In this document: one piece after another, positions 1 through 10,019 of the stretch
Layout of the letters: the number at the start of each line of letters is the position of its first letter
Numbering within the stretch: the stretch's first letter is position 1
Assembly: GCA_964571545.1 (NCBI GenBank)
Contig: CAZNCK010000001.1
Span: 8,944 to 65,784 of the forward strand
Source: an uncultured Treponemataceae bacterium
GTDB lineage: Bacteria; Spirochaetota; Spirochaetia; Treponematales; UBA12059
Direction of reading: 5' to 3'
Length of the DNA stretch: 56,841 nucleotides
Position numbers and translations under genes: made by a program
The notes under the pieces: generated by a model
What the model was told of the DNA's origin: nothing
Seen by the model: the letters and a program-made list of their open reading frames with translations, nothing else
Databases searched by the model: none

Positions 1-873
1 GCCATAGGCAATCGCGCCTGGGTGCTCAACCCCAAGCTCAAGATCATATGCGTCTCCGCTGAGGACTTTACTAACGACTTCATACACTCCATACACGAAA
101 AGGCCATGTCGTCGTTCAAGAACCGCTACCGCTCCGTGGACATACTGCTCATCGACGATATCCACTTCTTCGAAAACAAGGAAGGTTCACAGGAAGAGCT
201 GTTCCATACGTTCAATGCGCTCTACGACGGCAACAAGCAGATGGTGTTTACCTGTGACCGCCCAGCGTCTGAACTCAAGAACCTGTCCGACAGACTCAGG
301 AGCCGCTTTGAACGCGGCCTCAACGTCGACCTCCAGCCTCCCAACTACGAAACGCGCTACGCCATACTCAAAAAGAAGGTGGAGACTAACAAGCTGAACA
401 TCCCGCCGGAGGTATTCGACGTCATTGCCAGAAACATATCGACGAACGTGCGGGATCTCGAGGCGGCACTCGTCAAACTGAGCGCATACGCCAATCTGGT
501 CGGCATGAACATCACTCTGGAAGTTGCCCAACAACAGCTCAAGGATGTGTTCAGCCAGACGCGCCACGGCAATGTGACGATAGACCATATCATTCGAACC
601 GTCTCCGAGGCCTACAAAGTCACCGCAAACGACCTCAAGGGCAAAAAACGCACGAGAAGCATCGTAGTCCCTCGGCAGATAGCCATGTTCATAGCGCGAG
701 AGATAACCGAGTACTCTACGACCGAGCTGGGGTTGGAATTCGGCGGACGTGACCACACGACCGTTATGCATTCATGCCAGAAGATAGACGAGCAACTCAA
801 ACTCGACCCTACTCTCGATTCAAAGATACAAAAACTCATCCAGTCTATCAGGCAGATGAGCATCAAGGGCTAA
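1..873 (+). CDS. dnaA: Chromosomal replication initiator DnaA, C-terminal part (5' end upstream of window)
   Basis: Frame 1 is open from nt 1 (AIGNRAWVLNPKLKIICVSAEDFTNDF). AAA+ motifs DILLIDDIHFF and RLRSRFERGL. C-terminal DnaA-box-binding HTH (PRQIAMFIAREIT...GGRDHTTVMH). Followed by dnaN-recF. Confidence 0.96.
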   Translation, partial: AIGNRAWVLNPKLKIICVSAEDFTNDFIHSIHEKAMSSFKNRYRSVDILLIDDIHFFENKEGSQEELFHTFNALYDGNKQMVFTCDRPASELKNLSDRLRSRFERGLNVDLQPPNYETRYAILKKKVETNKLNIPPEVFDVIARNISTNVRDLEAALVKLSAYANLVGMNITLEVAQQQLKDVFSQTRHGNVTIDHIIRTVSEAYKVTANDLKGKKRTRSIVVPRQIAMFIAREITEYSTTELGLEFGGRDHTTVMHSCQKIDEQLKLDPTLDSKIQKLIQSIRQMSIKG

Positions 874-1310
874 CCGGTACATAACCCGGGGCATTCCTGT
901 AGACAAACGGTGCGCCCGCTGAGGGCCGCTTGGAATGCCTTGGTCATGTGTAAAACCTCGTCGACTTTCGTGCAGGGTTATGCACTAGGCAAGTCCATAC
1001 CAGGCAAGGCCCTAACACAGGTTTCCACTTATACAGTACCCTTACTATGATTATTACGAATTTATATATATTCAATCATTATAAAACCCTTTTAAACTAT
1101 GAGAGTCTGTTCTCTTGTAGAATTTTCCACTTCTGTATATTCATGTTAACCTGCAACTTTCAATATAAGATAACGTAATAGAAATCGTACAACATTCGAA
1201 CCGGGGTCTGTCCCCCGAAAATCATCATCATTCCTTTTATTGCACGGCTTAACGCTTCTATGATATTCTCGTTTGAATATAATCGCCTTAGGCGATGGAA
1301 TGAGGTAGCC
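874..1310. other. Candidate oriC (dnaA-dnaN intergenic region with AT-rich unwinding block)
   Basis: 437-nt non-coding gap with a strongly AT-rich block at ~1040-1200. Degenerate DnaA-box-like 9-mers: TGTAGACAA 898, TTATGCACT 978, GTTTCCACT 1021, TTTTCCACT 1123. Confidence 0.45.
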
Positions 1311-2414
1311 ATGAAATTCGTCTGCGAAAAGAGCGCCTTCCAGCGCGAGATAGCATTTGCCCAGGAAATAATTTCCTCAAAGAGCGCAATGTCGGTCGTA
1401 TCGAACGTCTACCTGGAAGCGCAGGATGGCTCACTTCTCATACGCGCCACTGACATAAAGATAGGCTTCGAAACGCGCATGCCCGTGGATATCCAAGAGC
1501 CCGGTAGTATGACGGTTTTTTGCGACAAACTTACTGGTATCCTCGCTAGTATTCCCGAAGGCACTATCGAAGTTGACCAGAAAGACACAAAGGTTATCAT
1601 CAAACCCAGCTTCAAAAAGGCCCAGTTCAGCCTGAAAACTATAGCCAGCGAGCAGTTTCCCCAATTGCCTGATATCGACGACGATAAGTATTTTGCATTG
1701 CCGTTGGCTGATTTCAGAGACATGATAGCCCAGACTGTCTTTGCGGTTTCAGACGACGAGACGCGATACTTCATGAATGGCGTTTACCTGGAACGAGTCC
1801 AAGATGGTCTCGTCATGGTAGCTACCGACGGTAGACGCCTCGCATATATCAAGCGTGGTATCACAGAAGGTATACCGGAGTTCAAGGGCGTCATCATTCC
1901 TCCCAAGATACTTTCAGTCGTTCTCCACCGCGCTTCAGACGAAGGGCAGATAATGCTGGCCGTCAATGACAAGAACCTGTTCGTAAAGTTTGGCCAGTAT
2001 AGGCTGAGTTCGGTGCTCATTGAAGGGCAGTTCCCGAACTACCAGAAGGTCGTACCCGATACCCAGAAATATCTCATCACAGTGAAGCGCCAGGATGTCA
2101 TAGATGCTCTTAAGCGCGTGTCAATCTTCGTCGAGCAGAAATCCAGGCGCACATTTTTCGCCATCTCGGCCGACAAGCTGGTTATTTCGTCGGAAGAGAC
2201 AGATATCGGCACCGCACGTGAAGAGATTCCGTGCTCGTACGAGGGTCCGGAATCGGTCATAGCGATGAATTACAAATATATTGAGGAGCCGCTCCGCGCC
2301 ATAGACTCGGAGAACGTCTGTTTCAGATTTACCGAGACTTCCAGAGCTGTGACCGTCTCGCCTGAACCTGAATCCGACTACTTCCATATCCTCATGCCGA
2401 TGCAGGTCGATTGA
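1311..2414 (+). CDS. dnaN: DNA polymerase III beta sliding clamp
   Basis: MKFVCEKSAFQREIAFAQEIISSKS... is a typical DnaN N-terminus, ~367 aa, with a C-terminus ending MPMQVD. ATG at 1311 is preferred over the ORF-track start 1260 (GGAATGAGG precedes it). Synteny dnaA-dnaN-recF. Confidence 0.95.
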   Translation: MKFVCEKSAFQREIAFAQEIISSKSAMSVVSNVYLEAQDGSLLIRATDIKIGFETRMPVDIQEPGSMTVFCDKLTGILASIPEGTIEVDQKDTKVIIKPSFKKAQFSLKTIASEQFPQLPDIDDDKYFALPLADFRDMIAQTVFAVSDDETRYFMNGVYLERVQDGLVMVATDGRRLAYIKRGITEGIPEFKGVIIPPKILSVVLHRASDEGQIMLAVNDKNLFVKFGQYRLSSVLIEGQFPNYQKVVPDTQKYLITVKRQDVIDALKRVSIFVEQKSRRTFFAISADKLVISSEETDIGTAREEIPCSYEGPESVIAMNYKYIEEPLRAIDSENVCFRFTETSRAVTVSPEPESDYFHILMPMQVD

Positions 2415-2433
2415 ACCGTCAGCGTAACGGCTG

Positions 2434-3504
2434 ATGTCGTTTTCTAGCATTGAAACCGTATCGTTCCGTAATCTTGCGGACGGGGCTGTCCATACAGACG
2501 CCTCGTCCGTTTTCGTCGTCGGGGATAATGGGCAGGGTAAGACAAACTTTCTAGATGCCGTCTATACGCTCTGCTACGGCTCCTCTTTCAGGGATTCACA
2601 GGATGCTGATGCGGCACGGCTGGGCGGCCAGGTCTGGTCTGTCCGAGGTACCAATCCCGACGGTTCAGGTTGCCGTGTTTCATGGAACTCCGGCCAGAAA
2701 TCGATACGCGAGGATGACAAGCCGATTCACGATCGCAAACGGCTGGTGGAACGCAATCCGGCCATAGTGTTCTGCCACGACGACATGGAATTCGCTCGAG
2801 GCGAACCCGAACGTAGGCGTTTTTTCTTCGACCAAACCGCCAGTCTTGTCTCCATAGGCTACATAGACCTTCTCCGCGCGTATCGCAGGGCGCTCAAAGC
2901 CAGAAACGTCGCCCTTAAGGAACGCAGCCTAGACGTGCTGGACGTGCTGGATATTCAGGTTGCTACGTACGGCCTTGGGCTACGCGACGAACGCGCCAGG
3001 CTAGCAGTGGAGTTCGACGAACGCTTTGCGCCGCGTTACGAGCTGGTTTCCAGGCTCGGAAGCCGGGTGGGCGTGGCATACCGGCCTTCCTGGAAGCTCG
3101 ACGATTCTGTGGATACCGTCGTCTCCAGGCTGGGCCAGGGCCGCGAGCGGGAGCTTGCACTGGGCACAAGCCTGTCGGGTCCGCACCGGGACCGCTTCAT
3201 ATTCACTGACGAGCGAGGGGACTTCTCGGACCGGGCTTCTACCGGACAGCTCAGACTTCTTAGCCTGACCCTGCGCATTGCACAGGCTGAGCACTATGCA
3301 GTCGTTTCCGGCAGACCTCCGGTACTGTTGCTTGACGACGTGCTCCTGGAACTTGATCCTGAAAAGCGGCGTCGGTTCATGGAGAACCTGCCAGAGGCCG
3401 ACCAGACTTTTTTTACCTTCCTGCCTGGCGAACCATACCGGGATTACACGCAGAGCGACACTATCGTATACTGGACGGACGATGGACGATTCTCGCGTAC
3501 GTAA
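2434..3504 (+). CDS. recF: DNA replication/repair protein RecF
   Basis: Walker A GDNGQGKTNFLDA, SMC-type signature STGQLRLLSLTLRIAQ, Walker B PVLLLDDVLLELD. Located after dnaN. Confidence 0.93.
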   Translation: MSFSSIETVSFRNLADGAVHTDASSVFVVGDNGQGKTNFLDAVYTLCYGSSFRDSQDADAARLGGQVWSVRGTNPDGSGCRVSWNSGQKSIREDDKPIHDRKRLVERNPAIVFCHDDMEFARGEPERRRFFFDQTASLVSIGYIDLLRAYRRALKARNVALKERSLDVLDVLDIQVATYGLGLRDERARLAVEFDERFAPRYELVSRLGSRVGVAYRPSWKLDDSVDTVVSRLGQGRERELALGTSLSGPHRDRFIFTDERGDFSDRASTGQLRLLSLTLRIAQAEHYAVVSGRPPVLLLDDVLLELDPEKRRRFMENLPEADQTFFTFLPGEPYRDYTQSDTIVYWTDDGRFSRT

Positions 3505-4081
3505 GGCCTCCGACCTTCTCGGCTCTCTCCTGTCTCCCAAAGCCGCGGCCCAGGCAGATGGCTGGTCGCGTTTCTTTGGCTTTTGGACCAAAGCCGCCGG
3601 CGAGAACCTTGCCGCCCACTCGCGGCCTGTCGACGTGCGCAACGGCATCGTCTACGTGGAGACCACGCATCCCGGCTGGATCCAGTTGCTCCAGATGGAA
3701 CAGAACCGCATCCTGGATACGATACGGCGCACCTTCCCCGAACTCGGCATCTCGGGCATCGCGTTCAGGCTCGCCAGGGACGGCTCCCTGCCCGGCACCG
3801 TTCGCATCACCCGAGCCAGCAGCCCTGAAACAGCAGATGCCGGGGGTCTGTCCCCGGAAGGGCAGGCCGACGGCATCTGCCTCGGGGATCAGACGCGGGC
3901 TGGAAGCGGCATGAAGCCCGAGAAGATGCCGTCGGTAGCGCAGACAATACGGGGCGTCACCGACGATTCGTTCCGAAGCATACTCTCGTCGCTGGCGAGC
4001 ACCCTAAACGAGGCCAACCGGGAAGCCGGCGTCAAGGCCAGAGCCACGACGGCCGAAGACGGGCACAACGGCGGGGTCTGA
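3482..4081 (+). CDS. DUF721 (DciA-like) protein
   Basis: Start MDDSRVRKASDLLGSLL overlaps the recF stop. Core W..AAGENLAAHSRPVDVRNGIVYVETTHPGWIQLLQMEQNRILDTI matches the DUF721 pattern commonly found after recF. Low-complexity C-terminal tail. Confidence 0.7.
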   Translation: MDDSRVRKASDLLGSLLSPKAAAQADGWSRFFGFWTKAAGENLAAHSRPVDVRNGIVYVETTHPGWIQLLQMEQNRILDTIRRTFPELGISGIAFRLARDGSLPGTVRITRASSPETADAGGLSPEGQADGICLGDQTRAGSGMKPEKMPSVAQTIRGVTDDSFRSILSSLASTLNEANREAGVKARATTAEDGHNGGV

Positions 4082-4168
4082 CCCCTTGTGGTCCGATGAG
4101 GGGAACTGCATGGATTTGTGCTTGATTTTTATAGCTCTACCCCGTATCGTGACGGACTTACGAAGCTT

Positions 4169-4507
4169 ATGAACCAAGTGATCAACATAGACGTGTACGG
4201 CAAGGCCGAAGACCAGATCTGCGCCGGTTGCGAGCATTCGTGCGGCGACTGCAAACCAGGAACCAAACGGCGGACCATAGAGCTGGTCGACGAGTTCAGG
4301 ACGCTCCTCGCAGCCTCGGATATCGGGGCATGCTACTCGGTAACATTCTACGAATCAACGCCCCAGAACATCGCCAGGAACTACGACGTTCAGAAGTTGC
4401 TGTCGATGGCGAGCCTCGAACCAGTCGTCTGCCTGGGCGGCAAGGTTACCTATCTCGGCGGCTTCAGCCCCGAGGGCCTCCTCTCGGAATTACGCAAGAA
4501 ACAGTAA
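4169..4507 (+). CDS. Small Cys-rich thioredoxin-fold-like protein (YuzD/DUF1462-like?)
   Basis: MNQVINIDVYGKAEDQICAGCEHSCGDC... has the layout of YuzD-type putative disulfide oxidoreductases (I.VYGAE.iCAsC). The assignment is by eye only. Confidence 0.4.
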   Translation: MNQVINIDVYGKAEDQICAGCEHSCGDCKPGTKRRTIELVDEFRTLLAASDIGACYSVTFYESTPQNIARNYDVQKLLSMASLEPVVCLGGKVTYLGGFSPEGLLSELRKKQ

Positions 4508-4517
4508 GGGTGCAAAC

Positions 4518-6917
4518 ATGGAATTGAACGACGAATTCATAGCCGGACTCGAAGTAGTCAAGACCGATCTCCTGAACCGCATAGCCGCTCAGCTTACGAT
4601 ACGCGCCAGCCAGGCCGCAGCTGTCGTCGAACTGACGGCAGAAGGTAGCACGGTGCCGTTCATCAGCCGTTACCGCAAGGAGCGCACAGGAGAACTCGAT
4701 GAAGTCCAGGTTCGTGACGTGGTCCACCTGCACCAGAGCATGACCAATCTGGAGACCCGTCGCATAGAGGTGATCCAGGCTATTTACGGCCAGGGCAAGC
4801 TCTCCGAGGAGCTGTACGGGAATATCCGCAAGTGTGCCACTCTCACCGAGATCGAGGACATTTACGCGCCGTATAAACGCAAGAAGAAGACCCGAGGTAT
4901 GGTCGCCATAGAGAAGGGACTCGAGCCGCTTGCGGAGCTGATGTTGAAGAAGAATGCCGCGGCCGTTCTCGCCGCGGCTACCGGATTCATCAGGGAGGAC
5001 GCCGAGCATCCGGAGCTCTCCGTAGCCTGCGCCGAGGACGCCATTAAGGGCGCCGTGGACATCATTGCCGAGCGGGTGTCCCAGGACCCCGAGAACCGCG
5101 TTGCGGTCAAGAAACTATACCTGCGCGATGGCTTCATGACCGTCAAGGGCTTGGGCGACGAGAAGAAGAAGGAATCAAGCACCTATCAGATGTACTGGGA
5201 CTACCGCGAGCCCCTGGGGTCTCTCAAGCCCCATCGCGTGTTGGCGATCAACCGCGGCGAGCGCGAAGGTGAGCTGGAAGTGGGCTTGGAAGTCGACGAG
5301 GATGCTGCGGTCAAACGCCTTCAGGAGCGCTACGAGCTTGCTAACGAATACCATGCCGACGCGGTGGACGAGGCGTTACGTCGGCTTGTATCGCCCGCCG
5401 TACTCCGCGAGATACGCTCCGAGGCTCTGGACCAGGCTGACGGCCACGGCATTGCGGTGTTCAGCGAGAATCTGAAAAACCTGCTTCTGTCGGCCCCGAT
5501 CAAGGGCACACGCGTGCTAGGCGTCGATCCGGGGATACGTACCGGCACCAAGTGCGCCGCCATAGATGAGACGGGTAAGTTCCTGGGGTACTTCGTGGTG
5601 TACCAGGAGCAGAAGCCCGACGAGGCGCGCAAGGCCATTGCCAAGGCCATCAAGGACTATGCCATCCAACTGGTCGCGGTGGGCAACGGCACCGGTAGCC
5701 ATGACGTGCAGAAGATAGTTTCCGAGGCCCTCGTTGAACTCGGTGGGGAGTCCAAGTACGCCGTCGTGGACGAGGACGGCGCGTCCGTATATTCCGCCAG
5801 CGACATAGCGCGCGAAGAATTTCCCGAGCTTGATCTGACGATACGAGGCGCCATTTCCATAGGCAGGCGCATCCAGGACCCGCTCGCCGAGCTGGTCAAG
5901 ATCGACCCCAAGAGCATAGGCGTTGGCCTGTACCAGCACGACGTCAACCAGAAGAGACTTTCCGAGACAGTCGACGAGGTGGTGGAGTCGGTGGTCAACC
6001 GGGTGGGCGTCAACATCAACACGGCCAGCCACATGCTCCTTAAGTACGTCTCCGGCATCAATTCTTCGCTGGCCAAGAAAATAGTCAAGTTTCGCGACGA
6101 GAACGGCAAGATCACGAGCCGTGACCAGCTCAAGGCCGTATCCGGCATGGGTGAGAAGAGCTATGAACAATGTGCTGGCTTTCTCAAGATACCCGGCAGT
6201 GCCAACCCTCTAGACAACACCTGGGTGCATCCTGAGCACTACGAGTTGGCAAGCGAGATCCTGGAAGGCGTCCGCGCAGGAAAGGATCCGTCCAGGGAGC
6301 AACGCGCCGGTCTCAAGGAGAAGTATGCTGTCGGCGACACGACTATCGACGACATCATCGCGGAGCTCAAGAAACCAAACCGCGACCCGCGCGACGATTA
6401 TCCCAAGCCCCTGCTCCAGCAGGGCGTTCTGGCCTTCGACGACCTCAAGGAAGGCATGAAGGTCACCGGCAAGGTCAAGAACGTCGTAGACTTCGGCGCC
6501 TTCGTCGACATCGGCATCAAGGAGAGCGCCCTCATCCACGTCTCCGAGCTCTCCGACCAGTTCGTCAAGGACCCGATGGACGTGCTCAAGGTGGGCGACG
6601 TCAAGGAATTCAGGATCATTTCCCTCGATCTGGCGCGCAGGCGCATAGGTCTGTCCCTGAAGAGCGAACGCAGGCCTGACGGCCAGGGCACGCCGCGTCC
6701 TGAAGGCTCCCAGACAAATTCGTCTTCAGGCGCGCGCCGCGTCGTCGTCGCACGCAAGCCCGAGGGACAGACCCTGGGGTCGGCCGCAAACCCGGCGAGA
6801 TCAGTCGAGGGACAGACCCCGAGGTCGCCGCGGTCGGGCGTCAAGTCTGTTTCGGAGCGCGACGATGACGGGTCTAGCTACAATCCTTTTGCCGAGCTGC
6901 TCAAGAATCGGAAATAG
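4518..6917 (+). CDS. tex: Tex-like transcription accessory protein (YqgF/HhH/S1 domains)
   Basis: 799 aa. N-terminal ASQAAAVVELTAEGSTVPFISRYRKERTG, YqgF-like VLGVDPGIRTGTK, C-terminal S1 domain GKVKNVVDFGAFVDIG...HVSEL. Low-complexity tail containing two motif copies. Confidence 0.92.
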   Translation: MELNDEFIAGLEVVKTDLLNRIAAQLTIRASQAAAVVELTAEGSTVPFISRYRKERTGELDEVQVRDVVHLHQSMTNLETRRIEVIQAIYGQGKLSEELYGNIRKCATLTEIEDIYAPYKRKKKTRGMVAIEKGLEPLAELMLKKNAAAVLAAATGFIREDAEHPELSVACAEDAIKGAVDIIAERVSQDPENRVAVKKLYLRDGFMTVKGLGDEKKKESSTYQMYWDYREPLGSLKPHRVLAINRGEREGELEVGLEVDEDAAVKRLQERYELANEYHADAVDEALRRLVSPAVLREIRSEALDQADGHGIAVFSENLKNLLLSAPIKGTRVLGVDPGIRTGTKCAAIDETGKFLGYFVVYQEQKPDEARKAIAKAIKDYAIQLVAVGNGTGSHDVQKIVSEALVELGGESKYAVVDEDGASVYSASDIAREEFPELDLTIRGAISIGRRIQDPLAELVKIDPKSIGVGLYQHDVNQKRLSETVDEVVESVVNRVGVNINTASHMLLKYVSGINSSLAKKIVKFRDENGKITSRDQLKAVSGMGEKSYEQCAGFLKIPGSANPLDNTWVHPEHYELASEILEGVRAGKDPSREQRAGLKEKYAVGDTTIDDIIAELKKPNRDPRDDYPKPLLQQGVLAFDDLKEGMKVTGKVKNVVDFGAFVDIGIKESALIHVSELSDQFVKDPMDVLKVGDVKEFRIISLDLARRRIGLSLKSERRPDGQGTPRPEGSQTNSSSGARRVVVARKPEGQTLGSAANPARSVEGQTPRSPRSGVKSVSERDDDGSSYNPFAELLKNRK

Positions 6918-6979
6918 ACGCCATTTTAATTATTTTTGTTTGAATTCCCGGGGCCGCGCGCAGGTGCGGTCCCTTTTCT

Positions 6980-7396
6980 ATGGCGGAGCTACAGTATCGG
7001 GATTATAGTACCGGCATGGAAACTGAACGAAGGGCGCAACCACGATTCAAGCTTTCGCGCATGGTCGCCTATGATCTGGGGCGGGAGCAGTACCTCAAGG
7101 CCAGGGGGGTCGATATATCCTCTGGCGGTATGTCATTTGTTTCTGACGAGTACGTCGACCCCCTCCTATCGGTCTGGCTCTCTTTCTCCATACCCGATTC
7201 GGACGGTTGCTGGCACCAGCTGGAGGCGGAGGGCTATGTGGTCAGCGTCAGCGACTTCGGTGAAGGATGCCGCTTCGGAGTGTCGTTTTCCAGAATGTCG
7301 AAGGAAGACCGGTCCGACTTCGAGGCCTTCCTCGAAAGGCTCAAGGCAGGCAACCAAGAAGGCGCTGTACCCGATGACATCGGAACGGGATTCTGA
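6980..7396 (+). CDS. PilZ domain protein (putative c-di-GMP receptor)
   Basis: RRAQPRF (RxxxR) followed by GVDISSGGMSF (D/NxSxxG), as in PilZ domains. Confidence 0.7.
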   Translation: MAELQYRDYSTGMETERRAQPRFKLSRMVAYDLGREQYLKARGVDISSGGMSFVSDEYVDPLLSVWLSFSIPDSDGCWHQLEAEGYVVSVSDFGEGCRFGVSFSRMSKEDRSDFEAFLERLKAGNQEGAVPDDIGTGF

Positions 7397-7402
7397 ATCG
7401 AC

Positions 7403-8506
7403 ATGAGCGGAACAAAACGGACCAGGGCGCGGCAGCACATCGAACCCATTTTCAAGAGTGTGGCGTCCGGCAGCGCTGGGTCTGTCCCCGGTTCACCCGT
7501 CTACATAGGCGACAAGGCTCCGACCGAGGCCGCGTTCTCGCTGATCCAGTACGACCACGAAGAAATCTCGTTCGTTACCCCGGAGAACATCGAGGAAGTG
7601 CTGGCGATGCTTGAGGATGGCATGGTCAACTGGATCAACATCAATGGGCTTGCAGACCAGGACGCAATCAAACGCCTAGGCGGCTTCTTCAAGCTCGACT
7701 CTTTGACCATCGAAGACATTCTCAACACCGAACATCGCCCTAAAATAGAGGATTTCGGTCGCTATCTTCTCATTATCACCAAGATGTTGACGCGGAGGCC
7801 TGACGACACGATCGAGTATGAACAAGTTGCCATTGTGCTCACCAGCAATTCGGTACTGACCATCCAGGAAAGTCCGGGGGACTGTTTTGGCCCCGTGCGC
7901 GACCGGCTCAGGACCGCAACGGGTAGGCTGAGGCGTATGAAATCCAGTTTTCTTGCCTACGCGCTCATAGACGTCATCGTTGACAATTACTTTGCCCTCC
8001 TGGAGTGGCTTGGCAACAGGCTTGAGGAGCTTGAGGAGACAAGCGCCTCTGCCCGCGAGGCCTCGGGATTCATGGCTGGGTTACAGACGGTCAAGGCGGA
8101 CCTTAATCGCTTCAGGCGCATCGTGTGGCCGGTAAGGGAGACCATCGGCGTTCTCCTCCATTCCGATTCGGAGTTGCTCGAAGACTCACTGGAACCTTTC
8201 TTCCGGGACCTCCAGGAAAATTCGGTACAGGTCATCGAGGCGTTGGAAAGCTACCGGGAAACGGCGACCGGCATACAGGAAGTTTTTTTTTCGTCGGTGT
8301 CCAACCGGATGAACGAAGTGATGAAGGTGCTGACCATCATCTCCACTATCTTCATACCGCTAACGTTCATCGCGGGTGTCTACGGTATGAATTTCAGGTT
8401 CATGCCGGAACTGGACCAACCTTGGGCTTACCCCGCCGCTTGGGGCCTGATGCTGGCCATAGCGGTAGGCATGATCATCTACTTCAAGCGTAAGAAATGG
8501 TTCTGA
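7403..8506 (+). CDS. corA: Magnesium/cobalt transporter CorA
   Basis: 367 aa. C-terminal two TM helices with the signature YGMNF (GVYGMNFRFMPEL). Confidence 0.9.
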   Translation: MSGTKRTRARQHIEPIFKSVASGSAGSVPGSPVYIGDKAPTEAAFSLIQYDHEEISFVTPENIEEVLAMLEDGMVNWININGLADQDAIKRLGGFFKLDSLTIEDILNTEHRPKIEDFGRYLLIITKMLTRRPDDTIEYEQVAIVLTSNSVLTIQESPGDCFGPVRDRLRTATGRLRRMKSSFLAYALIDVIVDNYFALLEWLGNRLEELEETSASAREASGFMAGLQTVKADLNRFRRIVWPVRETIGVLLHSDSELLEDSLEPFFRDLQENSVQVIEALESYRETATGIQEVFFSSVSNRMNEVMKVLTIISTIFIPLTFIAGVYGMNFRFMPELDQPWAYPAAWGLMLAIAVGMIIYFKRKKWF

Positions 8507-8548
8507 TCGATAAAAAAACATCCGATGATTCCTATATAGGCTGTGAGC

Positions 8549-8577
8549 TTGACGGTTTTTTTGAAGCGGGTTACGAT
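8549..8577 (+). promoter_or_regulatory. Candidate sigma70-type promoter upstream of the rnf operon
   Basis: TTGACG (8549-8554), 17-nt spacer, TACGAT (8572-8577), ~95 nt before the rnfC ATG. Confidence 0.35.
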
Positions 8578-8672
8578 ACGGCCCGTCAAATACCATAATC
8601 GTTCATCGACCTCAGCCCAGGCCAGCGGCAACAGAACCGCGGCCGTAGCGGAATAAGGAGCATCTCCTCGCC

Positions 8673-10019
8673 ATGTCGACAAAAACATTCAAGGGCGGAG
8701 CGCATCCGCCCGAGCGTAAAGAGCGCAGCGCGTCCGTTCCCATAGAGATACTGCGCAAAGTCACGCAGGTGGTCATTCCGGTCAACCAGCATTTCGGGGC
8801 GCCGATACAGCCCCTCGTCAAGGTGGGCGATCTGGTAAAGCGCGGACAGAAGATAGCCGACGCTGACGGCCGCATGACCGTGCCGTTGCACGCGTCTATA
8901 ACAGGAACGGTCAAGAAGATCGAACCGCGGATGCAGGCCAATAATCTCGAGGGCCTCGCCATCGTCATTGAGCCCGCCTCAGAAGACGAGACGGACTTCA
9001 TGCAGCCGCTCGATGCCTTTGCCTGTACGAAGCAGGAGGCGCTGGCGCGCGTCCGCGAGGCCGGCATCATAGGCGTCGGCGGCGCGGGCTTTCCCGCGCA
9101 CGTCAAGTTTGCCCCGCCGCCCAACAAACCCATCGAGTACGTCATCGCCAACGCGGCCGAGTGCGAGCCGTTTCTGACCATAGACGAGCGTGTGATGGAA
9201 GAGACGCCTGAGGACCTCATTGACGGCATGGCCATAGTCATGGCCATCGTGGGCGCTTCCAAGGGCGTGGTAGGACTGGAGAACAACAAGACGCACCTTG
9301 TGCACCTGCTCGAAAAAGCCATAGCGGACAAGGCCCACGGCCTGGACATCAGCGTCCAGCTGTTGGCGACCAAGTACCCGCAGGGCGGAGAGAAGATGCT
9401 CATCACAGCGATCACCGGCCGCGAAGTGCCATCCGGCGGCCTGCCGATGGACGTGGCCTGTGTGGTGAGCAACGTGGGCACGCTCAAGGCCGTGTCCGAG
9501 GCGTTCCGCAAGGGCAAGCCGGTCATCGACACGGGACTGACCGTAACCGGCGGCGCCTGCGAGACTCCGAAAAACCTCTTCGTACCGGTGGGCATGCTGG
9601 TTCAGGACTTGTTTCCTGACGTCGTCCGCTACGATGAGGGCAAGCTCCGACGCATCGTCATGGGCGGACCGATGATGGGTCCGGCCGTGCCGACGCTCCA
9701 GATACCGATACAGAAGAACACCTCCGGCGTGCTTCTCATGGATGCCACCGAAGCCAAGGCCTATGCGGAAGGGCCGTGCATACGCTGCGGTCGCTGTATG
9801 CGCGCCTGTTCGTGCCGGCTCTCGCCCGCTCTGCTCAACGTCGCCTTCAATGCCGGCGACCTCGACACCGCCGAGAAGATCGGCGCTCTCGATTGCATCG
9901 AATGCGGCACTTGTAGCTTTGTATGCCCATCCCACATCCAGCTCGTTCAGCGCTTCCGCGTAGGCAAGCAGCTCGTCCGGGTCAAGAAGCAGAAGGAGGC
10001 CCTGCGTGCCGGCAAATAA
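8673..10019 (+). CDS. rnfC: Rnf electron-transport complex subunit C
   Basis: 448 aa. GIIGVGGAGFPAHVK NADH/FMN-binding region and two 4Fe-4S motifs (CIRCGRCMRAC, CIECGTCSFVC). First gene of the rnfCDGEAB order. Confidence 0.93.
   Translation: MSTKTFKGGAHPPERKERSASVPIEILRKVTQVVIPVNQHFGAPIQPLVKVGDLVKRGQKIADADGRMTVPLHASITGTVKKIEPRMQANNLEGLAIVIEPASEDETDFMQPLDAFACTKQEALARVREAGIIGVGGAGFPAHVKFAPPPNKPIEYVIANAAECEPFLTIDERVMEETPEDLIDGMAIVMAIVGASKGVVGLENNKTHLVHLLEKAIADKAHGLDISVQLLATKYPQGGEKMLITAITGREVPSGGLPMDVACVVSNVGTLKAVSEAFRKGKPVIDTGLTVTGGACETPKNLFVPVGMLVQDLFPDVVRYDEGKLRRIVMGGPMMGPAVPTLQIPIQKNTSGVLLMDATEAKAYAEGPCIRCGRCMRACSCRLSPALLNVAFNAGDLDTAEKIGALDCIECGTCSFVCPSHIQLVQRFRVGKQLVRVKKQKEALRAGK

Noticed and set aside
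8612-9595. Long antisense ORFs in the G+C-rich half (e.g. 8612-9595, 8979-10091, 5517-6170, 12643-13383, 18702-19649, 3001-3648, all on the minus strand)
   Set aside because: They lie opposite genes with unambiguous motifs (rnfC, tex, rnfB, jag, recF). They have low-complexity Arg/Ala/Gly/Pro-rich translations typical of shadow ORFs in high-GC DNA, and no RBS or motif support.
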